Source: Endomicrobiia bacterium | GTDB taxonomy: Bacteria > Elusimicrobiota > Endomicrobiia > DTEH01 | Length of the DNA stretch: 64,000 nucleotides | Direction: 5' to 3' | Assembly: GCA_039630545.1 (NCBI GenBank) | Contig: JBCNUU010000001.1 | Coordinates: forward strand, 64,001 to 128,000 | Shown: one piece after another, positions 1-10,910 of the stretch | Position numbering within the stretch: position 1 is the stretch's first letter | How the letters are laid out: every line of letters begins with the position of its first letter | Notes under the pieces: model-generated | Databases searched by the model: none | The model's input: only the letters and a program-made list of their open reading frames with translations | What the model was told of the DNA's origin: nothing | Made by a program: the position numbers and the translations under genes

Positions 1-15
1 AAATAGGATAAAAAA

Positions 16-504
16 ATGAGATTAGTTTTAATAACAATTTTATTATTTTTTTCCTGCAAAAAAGATACTAAAAAAGTAGAACCTTCACAGTTCAGACAGC
101 TTCCTGTAAAAATAGAAACAAAAGAAATTACTACTGTAACTGGTTTAGACACAATACCTTCAAAATATGTATATGAAGGTTTATCATATCGAGATCCATT
201 TGTGCCAATTTCTCCAGAAAAAATAGCAAAATCATCTCTTTTTTCGACTGGAGAGGCCAAAATTCCTTCCCTAGGAATTTTGCAATTAAAAGGTTTTATA
301 GTTGACAAAAAAGAACAATTGGCCTTATTTAGTAGTCCATATGGAAGATATATTCTTTATAATGGTAAACTTTATGATAACCAAAACAGGTTAGTTAGAG
401 GTTTTAGTGGAAAAATAATTTTTAATAAGAATACAAAACAACCTGAAGGTGTAATCTTAATAGATGAAAATGATGAATATAAAGAATATGTATTATCCAG
501 ATAA
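16..504 (+). CDS. pilP: PilP-like type IV pilus assembly lipoprotein
   Basis: Lipobox LFFSC and the YxYxxxxxRDPF motif typical of PilP; lies directly upstream of a secretin. Confidence 0.65.
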   Translation: MRLVLITILLFFSCKKDTKKVEPSQFRQLPVKIETKEITTVTGLDTIPSKYVYEGLSYRDPFVPISPEKIAKSSLFSTGEAKIPSLGILQLKGFIVDKKEQLALFSSPYGRYILYNGKLYDNQNRLVRGFSGKIIFNKNTKQPEGVILIDENDEYKEYVLSR

Positions 505-532
505 TTTTTTAAAAATAATTTTTGGAGGAAAT

Positions 533-2425
533 ATGAAGATATTACTTGTTTTTACATTGTTTTTTATTCTTACTGTATCTAAAGGAAATAGTCAAACTGA
601 TAACTTAACATTATCACAGAAGGAAGCGCTACAAGAAATAACAGAGGTAACAGATATAATTGTCTCTGAGCAATTAGTAACTGTGGTATGTAGTACTGTT
701 CCGAAATTTTCAAAATTCTACCTGGATTCTCCACCCAGGGTTGTTGTGGATATAAAAGGAATATTAAAATTTGAAAAAGAGGAAGTTTTAGTTACCAGCA
801 GTTATATTAAAAGGGTAAGAGTAAAACAATTTAAAACAGAACCAGAAAAAGTAGTAAGGGTTGTGTTAGATTTAATTAAAAAATATCCATATAAAGTGGA
901 AACTAAAAACTATAATATCCTTGTAAGTGTTATTCCGCCTGTAATGAAGGTAGTAAAGCAAGAATCTCCTTCACAGCAAAAATTTAAACAGGAAGTTCCT
1001 TCGGAAGAAGAAGAGGTGAGTAGCCAGGTTATAGAAGAGACTTCTTCAGTACAACCTTCTGTTTCTCAACAAGAAAAAATTTTACAACCGCAGCAGAAGA
1101 CAAAAGCTTTAACACAGAAAAAAAATTCTACAAAAAAAGAAGAAATATTAGAAAAAAAGCCATCTTTACCTAAGGTGATGGTCACTTTAGAATGTGTAGA
1201 TGCGGATATAACTGATGTTTTACAAATGCTGGCGATAAAAGCTGATGTGAATATAATCTATGGGCCAGATGTTACCGGAAAGATTACTATAAGTTTAAGA
1301 AACGTTCCATTTGATAAAGCTTTTGAAAATATATTAAGAATTAGTAAACTTGCTTATATTCAGGTAGCTGAAAATGTAATAAGAGTTGGAACTCCTCAGA
1401 CACTTGAACAAGAAAGAGCTATGCAAGTAGTGTATACTAAAATTTTCCCTTTAAACTATGCAGTAGCAGATGATGTTAAAATGTACCTTGAACAGATAAG
1501 ACAGGCAGAAGGAAGAACCAAAGGTATGATTGCTGTAGATAAAAGGACAAACTCTTTGATAGTTACAGAAAGCGAAGAGGGTCTGAAGTATATAGAGGAA
1601 TGGATAAAAAAATTAGATACTAAACCTTATCAGGTTTCTATTGAAGCTCAAGTGATAGATATCTCTATAGATGATCTGTCAGAACTTGGTGTTCAATGGG
1701 GTGTAAGAAGTGTTGAGACTCAGCCTGGTAGCGGAGTTAACTATACATTAGAACAAGTAGGTGGAGCAGGAGTTACAGTAAGTGAAGTAAATGCCACAGC
1801 AAGAGAAGTCCAGTCTTCTATGTTGGTTGCTCCAACAGGAGCTCCTATTGAAAGTGCTGTATTTTTATTTGGGAAATTTACAGATGCCCTAGCAATTTCA
1901 GGAAGGTTAGCTATGCTTATAACACAGGGGAAAGCAAAAGTTTTGTCAAATCCAAGAGTTACAACTATGAACAATAAAACAGCAGTTATTATTGCTGGAG
2001 AAAAAATTCCTTATAAGTCAGCTGTTACTCAAACTACAACTGGAGCAGGAACTGGAGTTGGTCAAACTGTTCAAGAAACCTGGGAATATATTAATGCTGG
2101 AATTCAGCTTACAGTTACTCCAACAGTAAGTCCTGATGGATGGATCACTCTTAATGTTAAGCCTCAAGTGGATATTCCTCAAATTTCAGCACCGGGTGTG
2201 CCTCCTACTGTTAAATCCAGACAAACAGAGGTAACAGTGATGGTAAAAAATAACGAACCTTTAATAATAGGTGGTCTTATTTCTGATTCAGATATAGACG
2301 CCATCAAAAAGATTCCACTATTAGGTGACTTACCTATATTAGGATATCTTTTTAAATATAAAACATCTACTAAAAGAAGAACAGAACTCATAATTCTCAT
2401 TACACCCAGAATTATAGAAAATTAA
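533..2425 (+). CDS. pilQ: Type IV pilus secretin PilQ (AMIN + N domains + secretin)
   Basis: AMIN-like PPRVVVDI/VRVVLDL, then N-domains and secretin motifs (AKVLSNPRVTT; KIPLLGDLPILGYLFK...ELIILITPRII). Start moved to ATG 533, which follows GGAGG and begins a signal peptide. Confidence 0.92.
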   Translation: MKILLVFTLFFILTVSKGNSQTDNLTLSQKEALQEITEVTDIIVSEQLVTVVCSTVPKFSKFYLDSPPRVVVDIKGILKFEKEEVLVTSSYIKRVRVKQFKTEPEKVVRVVLDLIKKYPYKVETKNYNILVSVIPPVMKVVKQESPSQQKFKQEVPSEEEEVSSQVIEETSSVQPSVSQQEKILQPQQKTKALTQKKNSTKKEEILEKKPSLPKVMVTLECVDADITDVLQMLAIKADVNIIYGPDVTGKITISLRNVPFDKAFENILRISKLAYIQVAENVIRVGTPQTLEQERAMQVVYTKIFPLNYAVADDVKMYLEQIRQAEGRTKGMIAVDKRTNSLIVTESEEGLKYIEEWIKKLDTKPYQVSIEAQVIDISIDDLSELGVQWGVRSVETQPGSGVNYTLEQVGGAGVTVSEVNATAREVQSSMLVAPTGAPIESAVFLFGKFTDALAISGRLAMLITQGKAKVLSNPRVTTMNNKTAVIIAGEKIPYKSAVTQTTTGAGTGVGQTVQETWEYINAGIQLTVTPTVSPDGWITLNVKPQVDIPQISAPGVPPTVKSRQTEVTVMVKNNEPLIIGGLISDSDIDAIKKIPLLGDLPILGYLFKYKTSTKRRTELIILITPRIIEN

Positions 2426-2476
2426 ATTTTTTCATATCTTTTTTTCAGAAATTTTATTTTTAAGTTCTTCTCTTAA

Positions 2477-3943
2477 ATGACAAATTTTAATTTCAAAGAT
2501 TGTGCTTCGAATTTGAAAAATCTGTTCATTATTTTATTTTTTATAGCTTCCGTATTTTTATTCAGTAGTGTATCTGCTATTTCTAAATTAATACTTTTTG
2601 TAGTTTTGATTTTTATATTTTTTATTAATATTTATATTAAAAAATTCAACTATACTTCATTTAACCCGACATTTCTAATTTTTTTAGTATATCTTTTTAT
2701 TAACACTTTTTTATTTTCAAAAATACCTTCTGAGAGCAAATTTGAACTTTTGAATTTCCTCTTGTATGGAGCAGTTTTTTATATTTTTTCTGATTTAGAA
2801 GATATCAATAAAGATGTTTTGCATTTTAGTTTTTTTTTAGTATTGTCTATTTTTTTGATGTTATACATTTTTTACAAAGAAAAAGCTATTTATTTTTTTG
2901 TATATAATCCTAATGTTTTTTCTGGATGGTGTATATTAGTATTTTTATTTTCGTTGGTTAATATTGTGTATAGTATTCCTTCAAAATTTGTAATTTTTTT
3001 GAAATTTAACTTAATAGCTTCATTTGTATTTTTAATTTTATTAAGAAACATTTCAGGAATATTTGTGTCTTTAATTTTTTTAAATTTTTTGTTTTTTAAG
3101 AAATGGAGTTTGTTTCTTTTAGTTTTGATTTTTGGTTTGTCTTTGGGTGTGGTTTTTAATTTTACAAGTATTCTGGATAGAATAATTTGGTTTGTGGTGG
3201 GTATAAAAATGTGGGTAGATAACCCAGTATTTGGTGCTGGATTAGGGAGTTTTAAATTTGGGTATCCTTATTATTCTTACAATCTACCTTTATCTTCTTC
3301 AGCTACTACGTTTGTTCACAGTTATTTTTTACATATTTTTGTAGAAACAGGAATTGTAGGTGGATTTTTTTTAATATTTTTTATTTTAAGTGTTTTTATA
3401 AAAAGTTTTAATTTTATAGAAAGTAGAATTTACCTTTTGCCTGCTTTAGGGATTCTACTTCAAAATTTAATAGATTATAATCTTTTGATACCACAAAATA
3501 GCATAATTTTTTTTTCGTTTTTGGGTTTATCACAAAGACAACATATTATTAAAGAAAATAAAGCTTTATTTATAAAGAAAATTTTTATGATTGTTTTTTT
3601 AATTTTGTTAGGAGTTTATAACTCTTTTTATTTTCATAAAATTATGATATTAATAAGAAAAAATGATTTTCAAAAGGTAGTTAACATAGATAAAACCTGC
3701 TGGTATGCTTATAGAAAGTTAGGTGAAAAAGAATTTCATATAAGAAGTTACAAAGAAGCAGAAAAGTATTTTTTAGCTAGTCTAAAATACAATCCGTTTG
3801 ATGCTGAAAGTTATTTTTACTTATCAGTTATAAGTTTGAAACTTGGACAAGTCGAGTGGGCTTATAAATATCTTAAAAAGGCAATTAGACTTAACCCTAA
3901 AGCATCTGTGAGATATAAAAAAGAGTTAGAAAAAGAAATTTAA
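2477..3943 (+). CDS. O-antigen ligase (Wzy_C) family membrane protein with C-terminal TPR
   Basis: Multi-TM protein with NPVFGAGLGSF...HSYFLHIFVETGIVG and C-terminal TPR-like helices. Confidence 0.8.
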   Translation: MTNFNFKDCASNLKNLFIILFFIASVFLFSSVSAISKLILFVVLIFIFFINIYIKKFNYTSFNPTFLIFLVYLFINTFLFSKIPSESKFELLNFLLYGAVFYIFSDLEDINKDVLHFSFFLVLSIFLMLYIFYKEKAIYFFVYNPNVFSGWCILVFLFSLVNIVYSIPSKFVIFLKFNLIASFVFLILLRNISGIFVSLIFLNFLFFKKWSLFLLVLIFGLSLGVVFNFTSILDRIIWFVVGIKMWVDNPVFGAGLGSFKFGYPYYSYNLPLSSSATTFVHSYFLHIFVETGIVGGFFLIFFILSVFIKSFNFIESRIYLLPALGILLQNLIDYNLLIPQNSIIFFSFLGLSQRQHIIKENKALFIKKIFMIVFLILLGVYNSFYFHKIMILIRKNDFQKVVNIDKTCWYAYRKLGEKEFHIRSYKEAEKYFLASLKYNPFDAESYFYLSVISLKLGQVEWAYKYLKKAIRLNPKASVRYKKELEKEI

Positions 3944-3946
3944 AAG

Positions 3947-4681
3947 ATGAACTATTTTTTACTTTGTGCATATAACGAGTCAAAAAATATAACTGAAGTC
4001 ATAAAAAGTATAAAAGAAAATTTTAAACATGAAAATAAAATAGTAATAGTAAACGATGGTTCCAGTGATGATACAGAAATACAAATAAGAAAATGCTTAC
4101 AGAAATACAAAGATATAATTTTGCTAACTCATAAAAAAAATCTTGGATTAGGTAAAGCTTTAAAGACAGGTTTTATGTTTATTTTAAAAAGTAGGATGAA
4201 AGACGAAGATACTATTATAACTTTAGATGCTGACAACACCCATCCTGTAGAAATTGCAAACTTAATGATGGAAAAATTTTTAATGGGCTACGATTTAGTT
4301 ATAGCATCAAGATTTGTTAAGAATGCAAAACAACAAGGGGTACCATTTTTTAGAAAGTTATTGTCTTTGATGGCAAGGTTTATTTTTAAATATTTCTTTT
4401 ATCACCCTTTAGTTAAAGATTATACATCAGGATATCGACTTTATGGAGGAAAAATTTTAAACAGAGCTTATGCTTATTATAGAGAAAATCTTATCAAAGA
4501 AAAAGATTTTGTGGTGCAGTTAGAAATTTTAATAAAACTTTTGAAATTTAAACCAAAAGTTTATGAAGTGCCTATTGATATTAAATACTTTTTAAAATAT
4601 GGAAAAAGTAAATTAAAAATAGTAAAAAACATTATCTCTTATTTAAATTTTATAATCACATATTTTGCCAAAAATTTATGA
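3947..4681 (+). CDS. GT2 glycosyltransferase, polyprenol-phosphate mannose synthase-like
   Basis: AYNE, VNDGSSD, LDAD, ASRF and DYTSGYR motifs of DPM1-like GT2 enzymes. Confidence 0.8.
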   Translation: MNYFLLCAYNESKNITEVIKSIKENFKHENKIVIVNDGSSDDTEIQIRKCLQKYKDIILLTHKKNLGLGKALKTGFMFILKSRMKDEDTIITLDADNTHPVEIANLMMEKFLMGYDLVIASRFVKNAKQQGVPFFRKLLSLMARFIFKYFFYHPLVKDYTSGYRLYGGKILNRAYAYYRENLIKEKDFVVQLEILIKLLKFKPKVYEVPIDIKYFLKYGKSKLKIVKNIISYLNFIITYFAKNL

Positions 4682-5676
4682 AAAACAGAAACTCTTATAC
4701 TGTTGGAATAGACATAGGTGGTACAACCACAAAAATCGGATTAGTTTTATACAAAAACAAAAATTTTATTTTAGAAAAATATAAAGAAATCACTACTTTA
4801 TGTGGAGAAAGAAATTTAGAAAAGATGCTAGAAATATTAGCTAATGAGATTAATAAATTCAAAAATGTTTCTGCTTGTGGAGTAGGTATGGCTGCATTAA
4901 TCAGAGTTAAAGATGGGATAATTATAAATGCTCCAAATGTTCTGTGGACAAAAGTAAATCTTAAGAAGAAACTTTATGAAAAAATAAAACTACCTGTGAT
5001 AATCGAAAATGATGCAAATGTAGCTACATTAGGTATATATAATGCTATAATAAAAAAGAAATACCCTGAAGTTAAAAACCTTGTGTGTTTTACTTTAGGT
5101 ACAGGTATAGGTGGAGGAATAATAATAAATGGAAAATTACTTGAAGGGACTTCAGCTACCGCTGCTGAAATTGGACACTGCATAATAGATATAAACGGTA
5201 AAAAATGTGGATGTGGAAGCTATGGCTGTGTTGAAAGATATATAGGAGCTAGGTGGTTTATAGAAGAAGTTATCCACCTACTTAAAAAAACAAAACCATC
5301 CACTATTTTGTATAAGATGGTGAATAATGATTTTACTTTGATTACTCCCAAAATATTATATGAAGCTGCACAAAAAAAAGATAAATTTTCTTTAGAACAA
5401 TGGAAGAAATTCGGAGAATATTTAGGAGTAGCAGTTAGTAACTTGATAAATATATTAAACCCAGAAATGATCGTTTTTACAGGTGGAGTTGCTAAAGCAA
5501 ATAAGTTTTTTTTACCTTACCTCAAAGAAAAAGTAAAATCGTCTTTTTGGCCTGTAATTTCTGGAAGCAAATATTCGCCTTTAAAGTATATAAAATATGT
5601 AACTGTAGCTGACAAAAAGATATATGGAGTTTTGGGTGCAGGAATTTTAGCTCATGAAAGTTTTCTCTCCTTATAA
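4678..5676 (+). CDS. ROK family sugar kinase (glucokinase-like)
   Basis: GIDIGGT, ENDAN, LGTGIGGG, EIGH and CGCGSYGCVE motifs. Confidence 0.9.
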   Translation: MKNRNSYTVGIDIGGTTTKIGLVLYKNKNFILEKYKEITTLCGERNLEKMLEILANEINKFKNVSACGVGMAALIRVKDGIIINAPNVLWTKVNLKKKLYEKIKLPVIIENDANVATLGIYNAIIKKKYPEVKNLVCFTLGTGIGGGIIINGKLLEGTSATAAEIGHCIIDINGKKCGCGSYGCVERYIGARWFIEEVIHLLKKTKPSTILYKMVNNDFTLITPKILYEAAQKKDKFSLEQWKKFGEYLGVAVSNLINILNPEMIVFTGGVAKANKFFLPYLKEKVKSSFWPVISGSKYSPLKYIKYVTVADKKIYGVLGAGILAHESFLSL

Positions 5677-7624
5677 ATTCTTCTTATGTGCGTTTTTGGG
5701 AGTTTCTTTTTTGTTTTGTTTTAATAATGATAATATGATGCTTACCGCAGAAAAAATTGTTTATGAAAAAGAAAAAAATATACTCACAGCAGAACAAAAT
5801 GTAGAAGTAAAATATAAAGATATTCATTTGCGAACAGAGTCCTTAATTTATGATGTAGAGAAAAATGTTATATACATTGACACTACTACCACACTTTTTT
5901 ATAAAGGAGATGAGATTTTTTTAAAAAAACTTTTATATGAAATAGACAACCAACTAATAAAAATACATGATTTTTATATTCATTACCATCCTTATTATAG
6001 CTACAGCAAAGAGTGTATTATTCAAAAAGAAAAGTTTTTTCTTACAGATTCGAAAGTTACACATTGTAGTTTAAGAAGACCTCATTATTATTTAGCATCT
6101 AAAAAAGTTATAATTTATCCTCACGATAAAATAATAATTTACAATCCTAAACTTATTATAAGAAATTTTCCAGTTTTCTGGCTTCCTTATTATAAAATTT
6201 CATTAAAGCCAACAAAAGATTATTTAGTGGTGGAGCCTGGTTATGAGAGTGAAAGAGGTTTAACGACAAGATTAAAATACGGAAGAAAATTAACAGAAGA
6301 TTTAGAATTAAGAGTAAACTGTGAGAATTACTCTAAAAGCAGTATTGGTTTATCTTCAGAGTTAAGATATGACTCTGATTTTTATAACGGCATTATTTAT
6401 TCCTGTTATATTTCTGAATTTGAAACTAAAACCAACCGTTGGAATATAAGAATAAATACCACAAATAGACTTCCATACAGATTTTCCTTCAGAACAAATT
6501 TAGAATTTATAAGTGATGAAAGTTTATATTACTATTATAATAAAGAAAGTTGGTTTTTATTAAAAAGAGAATTAAACTCTTCAGCGTCTTTGTCATGGGA
6601 TACACAAAAAATTTCAGCTAGAAGTTCTTATTTAAGGAAAGATATTTACTCTGATGAACACCAGAAATTTATCAACTCCGAAGTTAAAATGCCATCGGAA
6701 ATTACAGTCTATCCTTTTAACATAAGTAAGTTGAAAATATCAAACAGTTTGAAAATTGTACCATCTTTGATTGAAAACTCTACATTTTATAAGTTTAATA
6801 CAGAAAACAATTTTTCTTTAAGTATTCCTTTGGCAGTTTATTTTTTAAGTTTTACGCCTTCATTAAATATAGTTTCAAATTATATATATCATGTAAACGA
6901 TTTGTTTTATAATATCTACGGAGTAATTTTCCCCTTAAGAATAAATATTATAAAGAGGGGAGGATTGGATCTTGTATACAGCTATAAAATAAAAACTAAA
7001 GAAAACAGCTTTGAAGTCTTGGCCTCAACATCTGCTTTCAATAATAGTTTGCAGGTAAGGTTGGATTTTTATTATAAAAGGAATTTTTTTAGATGTTATA
7101 CTACATACGACTTTTTAAAGCAAAATAATGTTTGGTATTATAACTTTACTCCTGTAGTAACTAATATAGGATTTGGATATAAGTTTTTAGATTTTCAGAT
7201 ATATAAAGAATATCTTTTGCAAAAAAGAGTTATCTCTAATTTTCAATTTTCATTAACTGCAGCTATACCTAAATATAATAGAATATCTTTGGGATATGGA
7301 CAAAATTATTATCAGCCAGAGACTCATTATTTTTCTACTCAATTAGATCTATATTTTCCTGACAATTTTCAGTTTAAATTAAAAGCATCAACAAATTTTA
7401 CAAAAAATAAGTTTGAGTTTCCTAGTGTGAGATTTGATTTTTATAAAGATCTTCATTGCTGGGAAGCAATGATTTTTTGTGATTTAAGAAAATCGCTTTT
7501 GACATATGGTCCAGATTATATTTATGAAGTAGGAGGAAATATAGGTTTAAAATTTAAACCATATGTTGGAACGGGTGGTAAAGTTTCAGATATAGACAAA
7601 AGATATTATCCATGGAGAGAATAA
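5654..7624 (+). CDS. lptD: LptD-like LPS-assembly outer-membrane protein
   Basis: Signal peptide, OstA-like N-terminus, THCSLRRPHY and PVFWLPY motifs, beta-strand-rich body and C-terminal DLHCWE. Confidence 0.7.
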   Translation: MKVFSPYKFFLCAFLGVSFLFCFNNDNMMLTAEKIVYEKEKNILTAEQNVEVKYKDIHLRTESLIYDVEKNVIYIDTTTTLFYKGDEIFLKKLLYEIDNQLIKIHDFYIHYHPYYSYSKECIIQKEKFFLTDSKVTHCSLRRPHYYLASKKVIIYPHDKIIIYNPKLIIRNFPVFWLPYYKISLKPTKDYLVVEPGYESERGLTTRLKYGRKLTEDLELRVNCENYSKSSIGLSSELRYDSDFYNGIIYSCYISEFETKTNRWNIRINTTNRLPYRFSFRTNLEFISDESLYYYYNKESWFLLKRELNSSASLSWDTQKISARSSYLRKDIYSDEHQKFINSEVKMPSEITVYPFNISKLKISNSLKIVPSLIENSTFYKFNTENNFSLSIPLAVYFLSFTPSLNIVSNYIYHVNDLFYNIYGVIFPLRINIIKRGGLDLVYSYKIKTKENSFEVLASTSAFNNSLQVRLDFYYKRNFFRCYTTYDFLKQNNVWYYNFTPVVTNIGFGYKFLDFQIYKEYLLQKRVISNFQFSLTAAIPKYNRISLGYGQNYYQPETHYFSTQLDLYFPDNFQFKLKASTNFTKNKFEFPSVRFDFYKDLHCWEAMIFCDLRKSLLTYGPDYIYEVGGNIGLKFKPYVGTGGKVSDIDKRYYPWRE

Positions 7625-7648
7625 GGTTTATAATTTAAAATTTAAATA

Positions 7649-7677
7649 TTGACAAAATAAATTAAATTTTATATTTT
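7649..7677 (+). promoter_or_regulatory. Putative sigma70 promoter
   Basis: TTGACA (7649-7654), 17 bp spacer, TATTTT (7672-7677), upstream of the ABC operon. Confidence 0.5.
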
Positions 7678-7732
7678 TGAAATCTAATTTAAAACTCTTT
7701 TCCTTATTGTCTTTTTTAATTATTTTAACACC

Positions 7733-8653
7733 ATGATAGAAATTAAAAATGTCACAAAGACTTTTGGTAAAGTAGTTGCTTTAAATAATGTTTCATTTGA
7801 TATCAACGACAATGAAATTTTAGGACTTTTAGGTCCTAACGGAGCAGGCAAGACTACGTTGATGCGTATTATTACTGGCTTTTTAATTGCTGATAGTGGG
7901 GTGGTAAAAATTAATGGAAAATTAAATTCTGAAGAATCATTAGATCTAAAAATGTTAATAGGATACTTGCCTGAAAATAATCCTCTTTATGAAGATATGA
8001 ACGTATATGAGTATCTTGATTTTATAGCAGAAACTAGAAATATTAAAAATAATAAAAATAGGATAAAAGAAGTAGTTGAAATATGCAAGTTAAATGATGT
8101 TTTATTAAGAAATATTTCAGAACTTTCTAAAGGATATAGACAAAGAGTAGGATTTGCAGCAGCCATCCTACATGATCCCAAAATTTTAATTTTAGATGAA
8201 CCTACAGCAGGGTTAGATCCAAATCAAGCTCACGAAGTAAGGCAGTTAATAAAAGAGTTTAAAAAAGACAAAATAATAATTCTTTCTACTCATATACTTT
8301 CTGAAGTTGAAGAAGTAGCTGATAAAGTAGTAATAATAAATAAAGGAGAAATAATTGCTCAAGGTGATATTGAGGATCTTCACAGTTTGGTTATGAAGAA
8401 AAATGTAATAAAAATAGCTGGCAAATTTAATAAAGACCTAACAGAGTATCTACCAATTTTAATAAAAGGCATTTATCAAATAAAATTAACTTCTCAACAA
8501 GATGAGATAAAAGAATACGAAATAGAGACAGAAAAAGATGTGGATATAAGAGAAGAACTTTTTGAGATAGCTGTTAAGGAAAAATGGAAATTAGTTGAAC
8601 TTCATAGAGTATCTGTTTCTTTACAAGATATATTCATGGAGTTAACAAAATGA
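7733..8653 (+). CDS. ABC transporter ATP-binding protein, GldA-like
   Basis: Walker A GPNGAGKTT, signature LSKGYRQRVG, and LDEPTAGLDPNQ. Confidence 0.9.
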   Translation: MIEIKNVTKTFGKVVALNNVSFDINDNEILGLLGPNGAGKTTLMRIITGFLIADSGVVKINGKLNSEESLDLKMLIGYLPENNPLYEDMNVYEYLDFIAETRNIKNNKNRIKEVVEICKLNDVLLRNISELSKGYRQRVGFAAAILHDPKILILDEPTAGLDPNQAHEVRQLIKEFKKDKIIILSTHILSEVEEVADKVVIINKGEIIAQGDIEDLHSLVMKKNVIKIAGKFNKDLTEYLPILIKGIYQIKLTSQQDEIKEYEIETEKDVDIREELFEIAVKEKWKLVELHRVSVSLQDIFMELTK

Positions 8654-9360
8654 GAAGTCTAAGCAAAGAAAGGATATTAACAATATTCAAAAAAGAATTT
8701 AGATTATATTTTAATTCTCCTATTGCATACATTGTAATTTCTATATTTCTTGTAATATCCGGATTTTTTTATTCTAGACCATTATTTATTCAAAATTATG
8801 CTACAATGAGACATTACTTTGATGTGCTTCCACTTTTTTTGTTGTTTTTTGTACCTGCTATAAGCATGAAAATTTTTTCAGAAGAATATAAAACAGGAAC
8901 TATAGAAGTTATTTATACTTTACCATTTAGTAAATTAGATATCATACTAGGAAAATATCTTTCAGTATTAACATTAGTCTGTGGAGGAATAATATTGACC
9001 TTGATTTATCCTATTAGTTTGTTTTTGATTGGTAAACCAGATGTGGGAATGTTGTTTTCTAGTTACTTAGGAGTTATTTTTCTTTGTATATTTTTTTGTA
9101 GTATAGGTGTTTTTGCTTCTAGTGTTACAAAAAATCAGATAGTAAGTTATATTATAGCCTTTTTTATAATGTTTATATTTTTCATTATAGGCAAAATGGG
9201 AATGTTTTTACCTCAATGGTTATATTATGCAGGAATAGATTTTCATTATGATAACTTTGTCAGAGGAATAATAGATATAAGAGATATAATATTTTTCATT
9301 TCCTTAGCTGGATTTTTTATTTACCTTACTTATGTTTCTATGTCATATAGAATAAGATGA
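8650..9360 (+). CDS. ABC-2 type permease, GldF-like
   Basis: KEFRLYFNSPIAY, SEEYKTGTIE and GIIDIRDIIFF motifs; about 6 TM segments. Confidence 0.85.
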   Translation: MRSLSKERILTIFKKEFRLYFNSPIAYIVISIFLVISGFFYSRPLFIQNYATMRHYFDVLPLFLLFFVPAISMKIFSEEYKTGTIEVIYTLPFSKLDIILGKYLSVLTLVCGGIILTLIYPISLFLIGKPDVGMLFSSYLGVIFLCIFFCSIGVFASSVTKNQIVSYIIAFFIMFIFFIIGKMGMFLPQWLYYAGIDFHYDNFVRGIIDIRDIIFFISLAGFFIYLTYVSMSYRIR

Positions 9361-10910
9361 AAGACAAAAAGAATTTAATAATAAATGTAGCTTTTGCAGT
9401 GATAGTTATAATTTTATTAAATTTAATCTTTTACTTTGGTTTTTTTAGAGTGGATCTTACTTCAAACAAAATTTACTCCTTATCTAAAGCTTCAAAAAAA
9501 TTAGTCTCAAAATTTGATGACTACATAATCATCAGAGCAGTATTCAGCAAACTTCTTCCTGAACAGTTTAAGTTTATAAAACTTTATGTGGAGGATATAC
9601 TTAAAGAATACAGAATAGCATCTCGTGGTAAAATAAAATTTGAATTTATAGATCCTCAACAACCAAGATCCAAGTTTAATGAACAGGAAATTCAATCTAT
9701 GGGTATTGTCCCTGTAGAATTTACGGTGTTAGAGAAAGATAAATTTGAGGTTAAAAAAGGCTACATGGGGTTAGCAATGCTTTATAAAGACAAAAAAGAA
9801 GTAATACCAGTGGTAAACAATATAGAAACCTTAGAATATGATATTACATCGGCATTAAAGCGTCTTACAATGAAAGAAAAGAAAGTGCTAGGTGTTTTAA
9901 GCTCTCATAGAAGTAACACATTATCCGGAGATAATTACTTTAGGTTCAGACAACACATTGAAAAGACATATAGTTTAAAAGAAGTAGAAATTTCCTCTGA
10001 TAGTCTAAAAGATATAGAAGGTTTAGTAATAATATCTCCCAAAGAGAACTTTGATAATAAAGAGTTATTCTACCTAGATCAATATATTCTTTCAGGTAAA
10101 CCTGTAGCATTTTTATTAAGTAGATATAATATCAATCTTCAAACTTTTTGGGCATATAAGATTTACTCTAACATATTTGATTTATTGGCTCACTATGGAA
10201 TTGAATTTACAGAAGGATTAATTGCTGATTATAAGTGTCAAAGAGTTCAACTTACTTCAAGGCATGGTTTTTTCATAATGACAAATTTAATAGATTATCC
10301 CTATATGCCTATAGTAACAGATTTAAATAAAACTCATCCTTTAGTAAAAGACATTTCTCAAGTAGTTTTGCCATTCGTAGCTTCTATTAGTGTCAAGTCA
10401 GATCTAAAAGATGTTTCTTATACTATTCTAATGAAAACTTCAAAACATAGTTTTATTAAAAAAGATGTCTTTTCTATTAATCCATTGACAGTTGATTTCA
10501 AAATGCCTAAAGATGCGCAAAAGGGGCCGTTCATTGTAGGTGTAGAGTTAAGAGGTAAGCTAAAAAGTTTTTATGAAAAAGAAGAAAAATTTAAAGAATT
10601 GAAATTAAATTTAAGCTCATATCTAAAAGAAACCACTCAGAATAAGGAGTCAAGAATTTTAGTGATTTCTACAGGTGAATTTGTAGAGCAAGAATTAGGA
10701 TTGTTGTCAAATATATTTGACTATCTAGCTCAGGAGCAAGATCTGCTTTCTATAAGAGGCAAAGATGTGACTCCTTCGCCTTTAAGAGTTGTATCGCCTA
10801 CATTTAAAATAGTATATAGGTACTTTGTTATGATTGTACCTACTGTTTTGGTAATAGGCTTTGGTATGTTAAGATGGTATTATAGGAAAAATAGGTTGAT
10901 ACAGTTATGA
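9357..10910 (+). CDS. GldG-family ABC auxiliary protein
   Basis: RVDLTSNKIYSLS, EFIDP, LEYDITSA and LDQYILSG motifs; N- and C-terminal TM segments. Confidence 0.85.
   Translation: MKDKKNLIINVAFAVIVIILLNLIFYFGFFRVDLTSNKIYSLSKASKKLVSKFDDYIIIRAVFSKLLPEQFKFIKLYVEDILKEYRIASRGKIKFEFIDPQQPRSKFNEQEIQSMGIVPVEFTVLEKDKFEVKKGYMGLAMLYKDKKEVIPVVNNIETLEYDITSALKRLTMKEKKVLGVLSSHRSNTLSGDNYFRFRQHIEKTYSLKEVEISSDSLKDIEGLVIISPKENFDNKELFYLDQYILSGKPVAFLLSRYNINLQTFWAYKIYSNIFDLLAHYGIEFTEGLIADYKCQRVQLTSRHGFFIMTNLIDYPYMPIVTDLNKTHPLVKDISQVVLPFVASISVKSDLKDVSYTILMKTSKHSFIKKDVFSINPLTVDFKMPKDAQKGPFIVGVELRGKLKSFYEKEEKFKELKLNLSSYLKETTQNKESRILVISTGEFVEQELGLLSNIFDYLAQEQDLLSIRGKDVTPSPLRVVSPTFKIVYRYFVMIVPTVLVIGFGMLRWYYRKNRLIQL

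Noticed and set aside
464..532. Extended N-terminus of PilQ in the ORF track
   Set aside because: It overlaps pilP; ATG 533 has a GGAGG RBS and starts the signal peptide.
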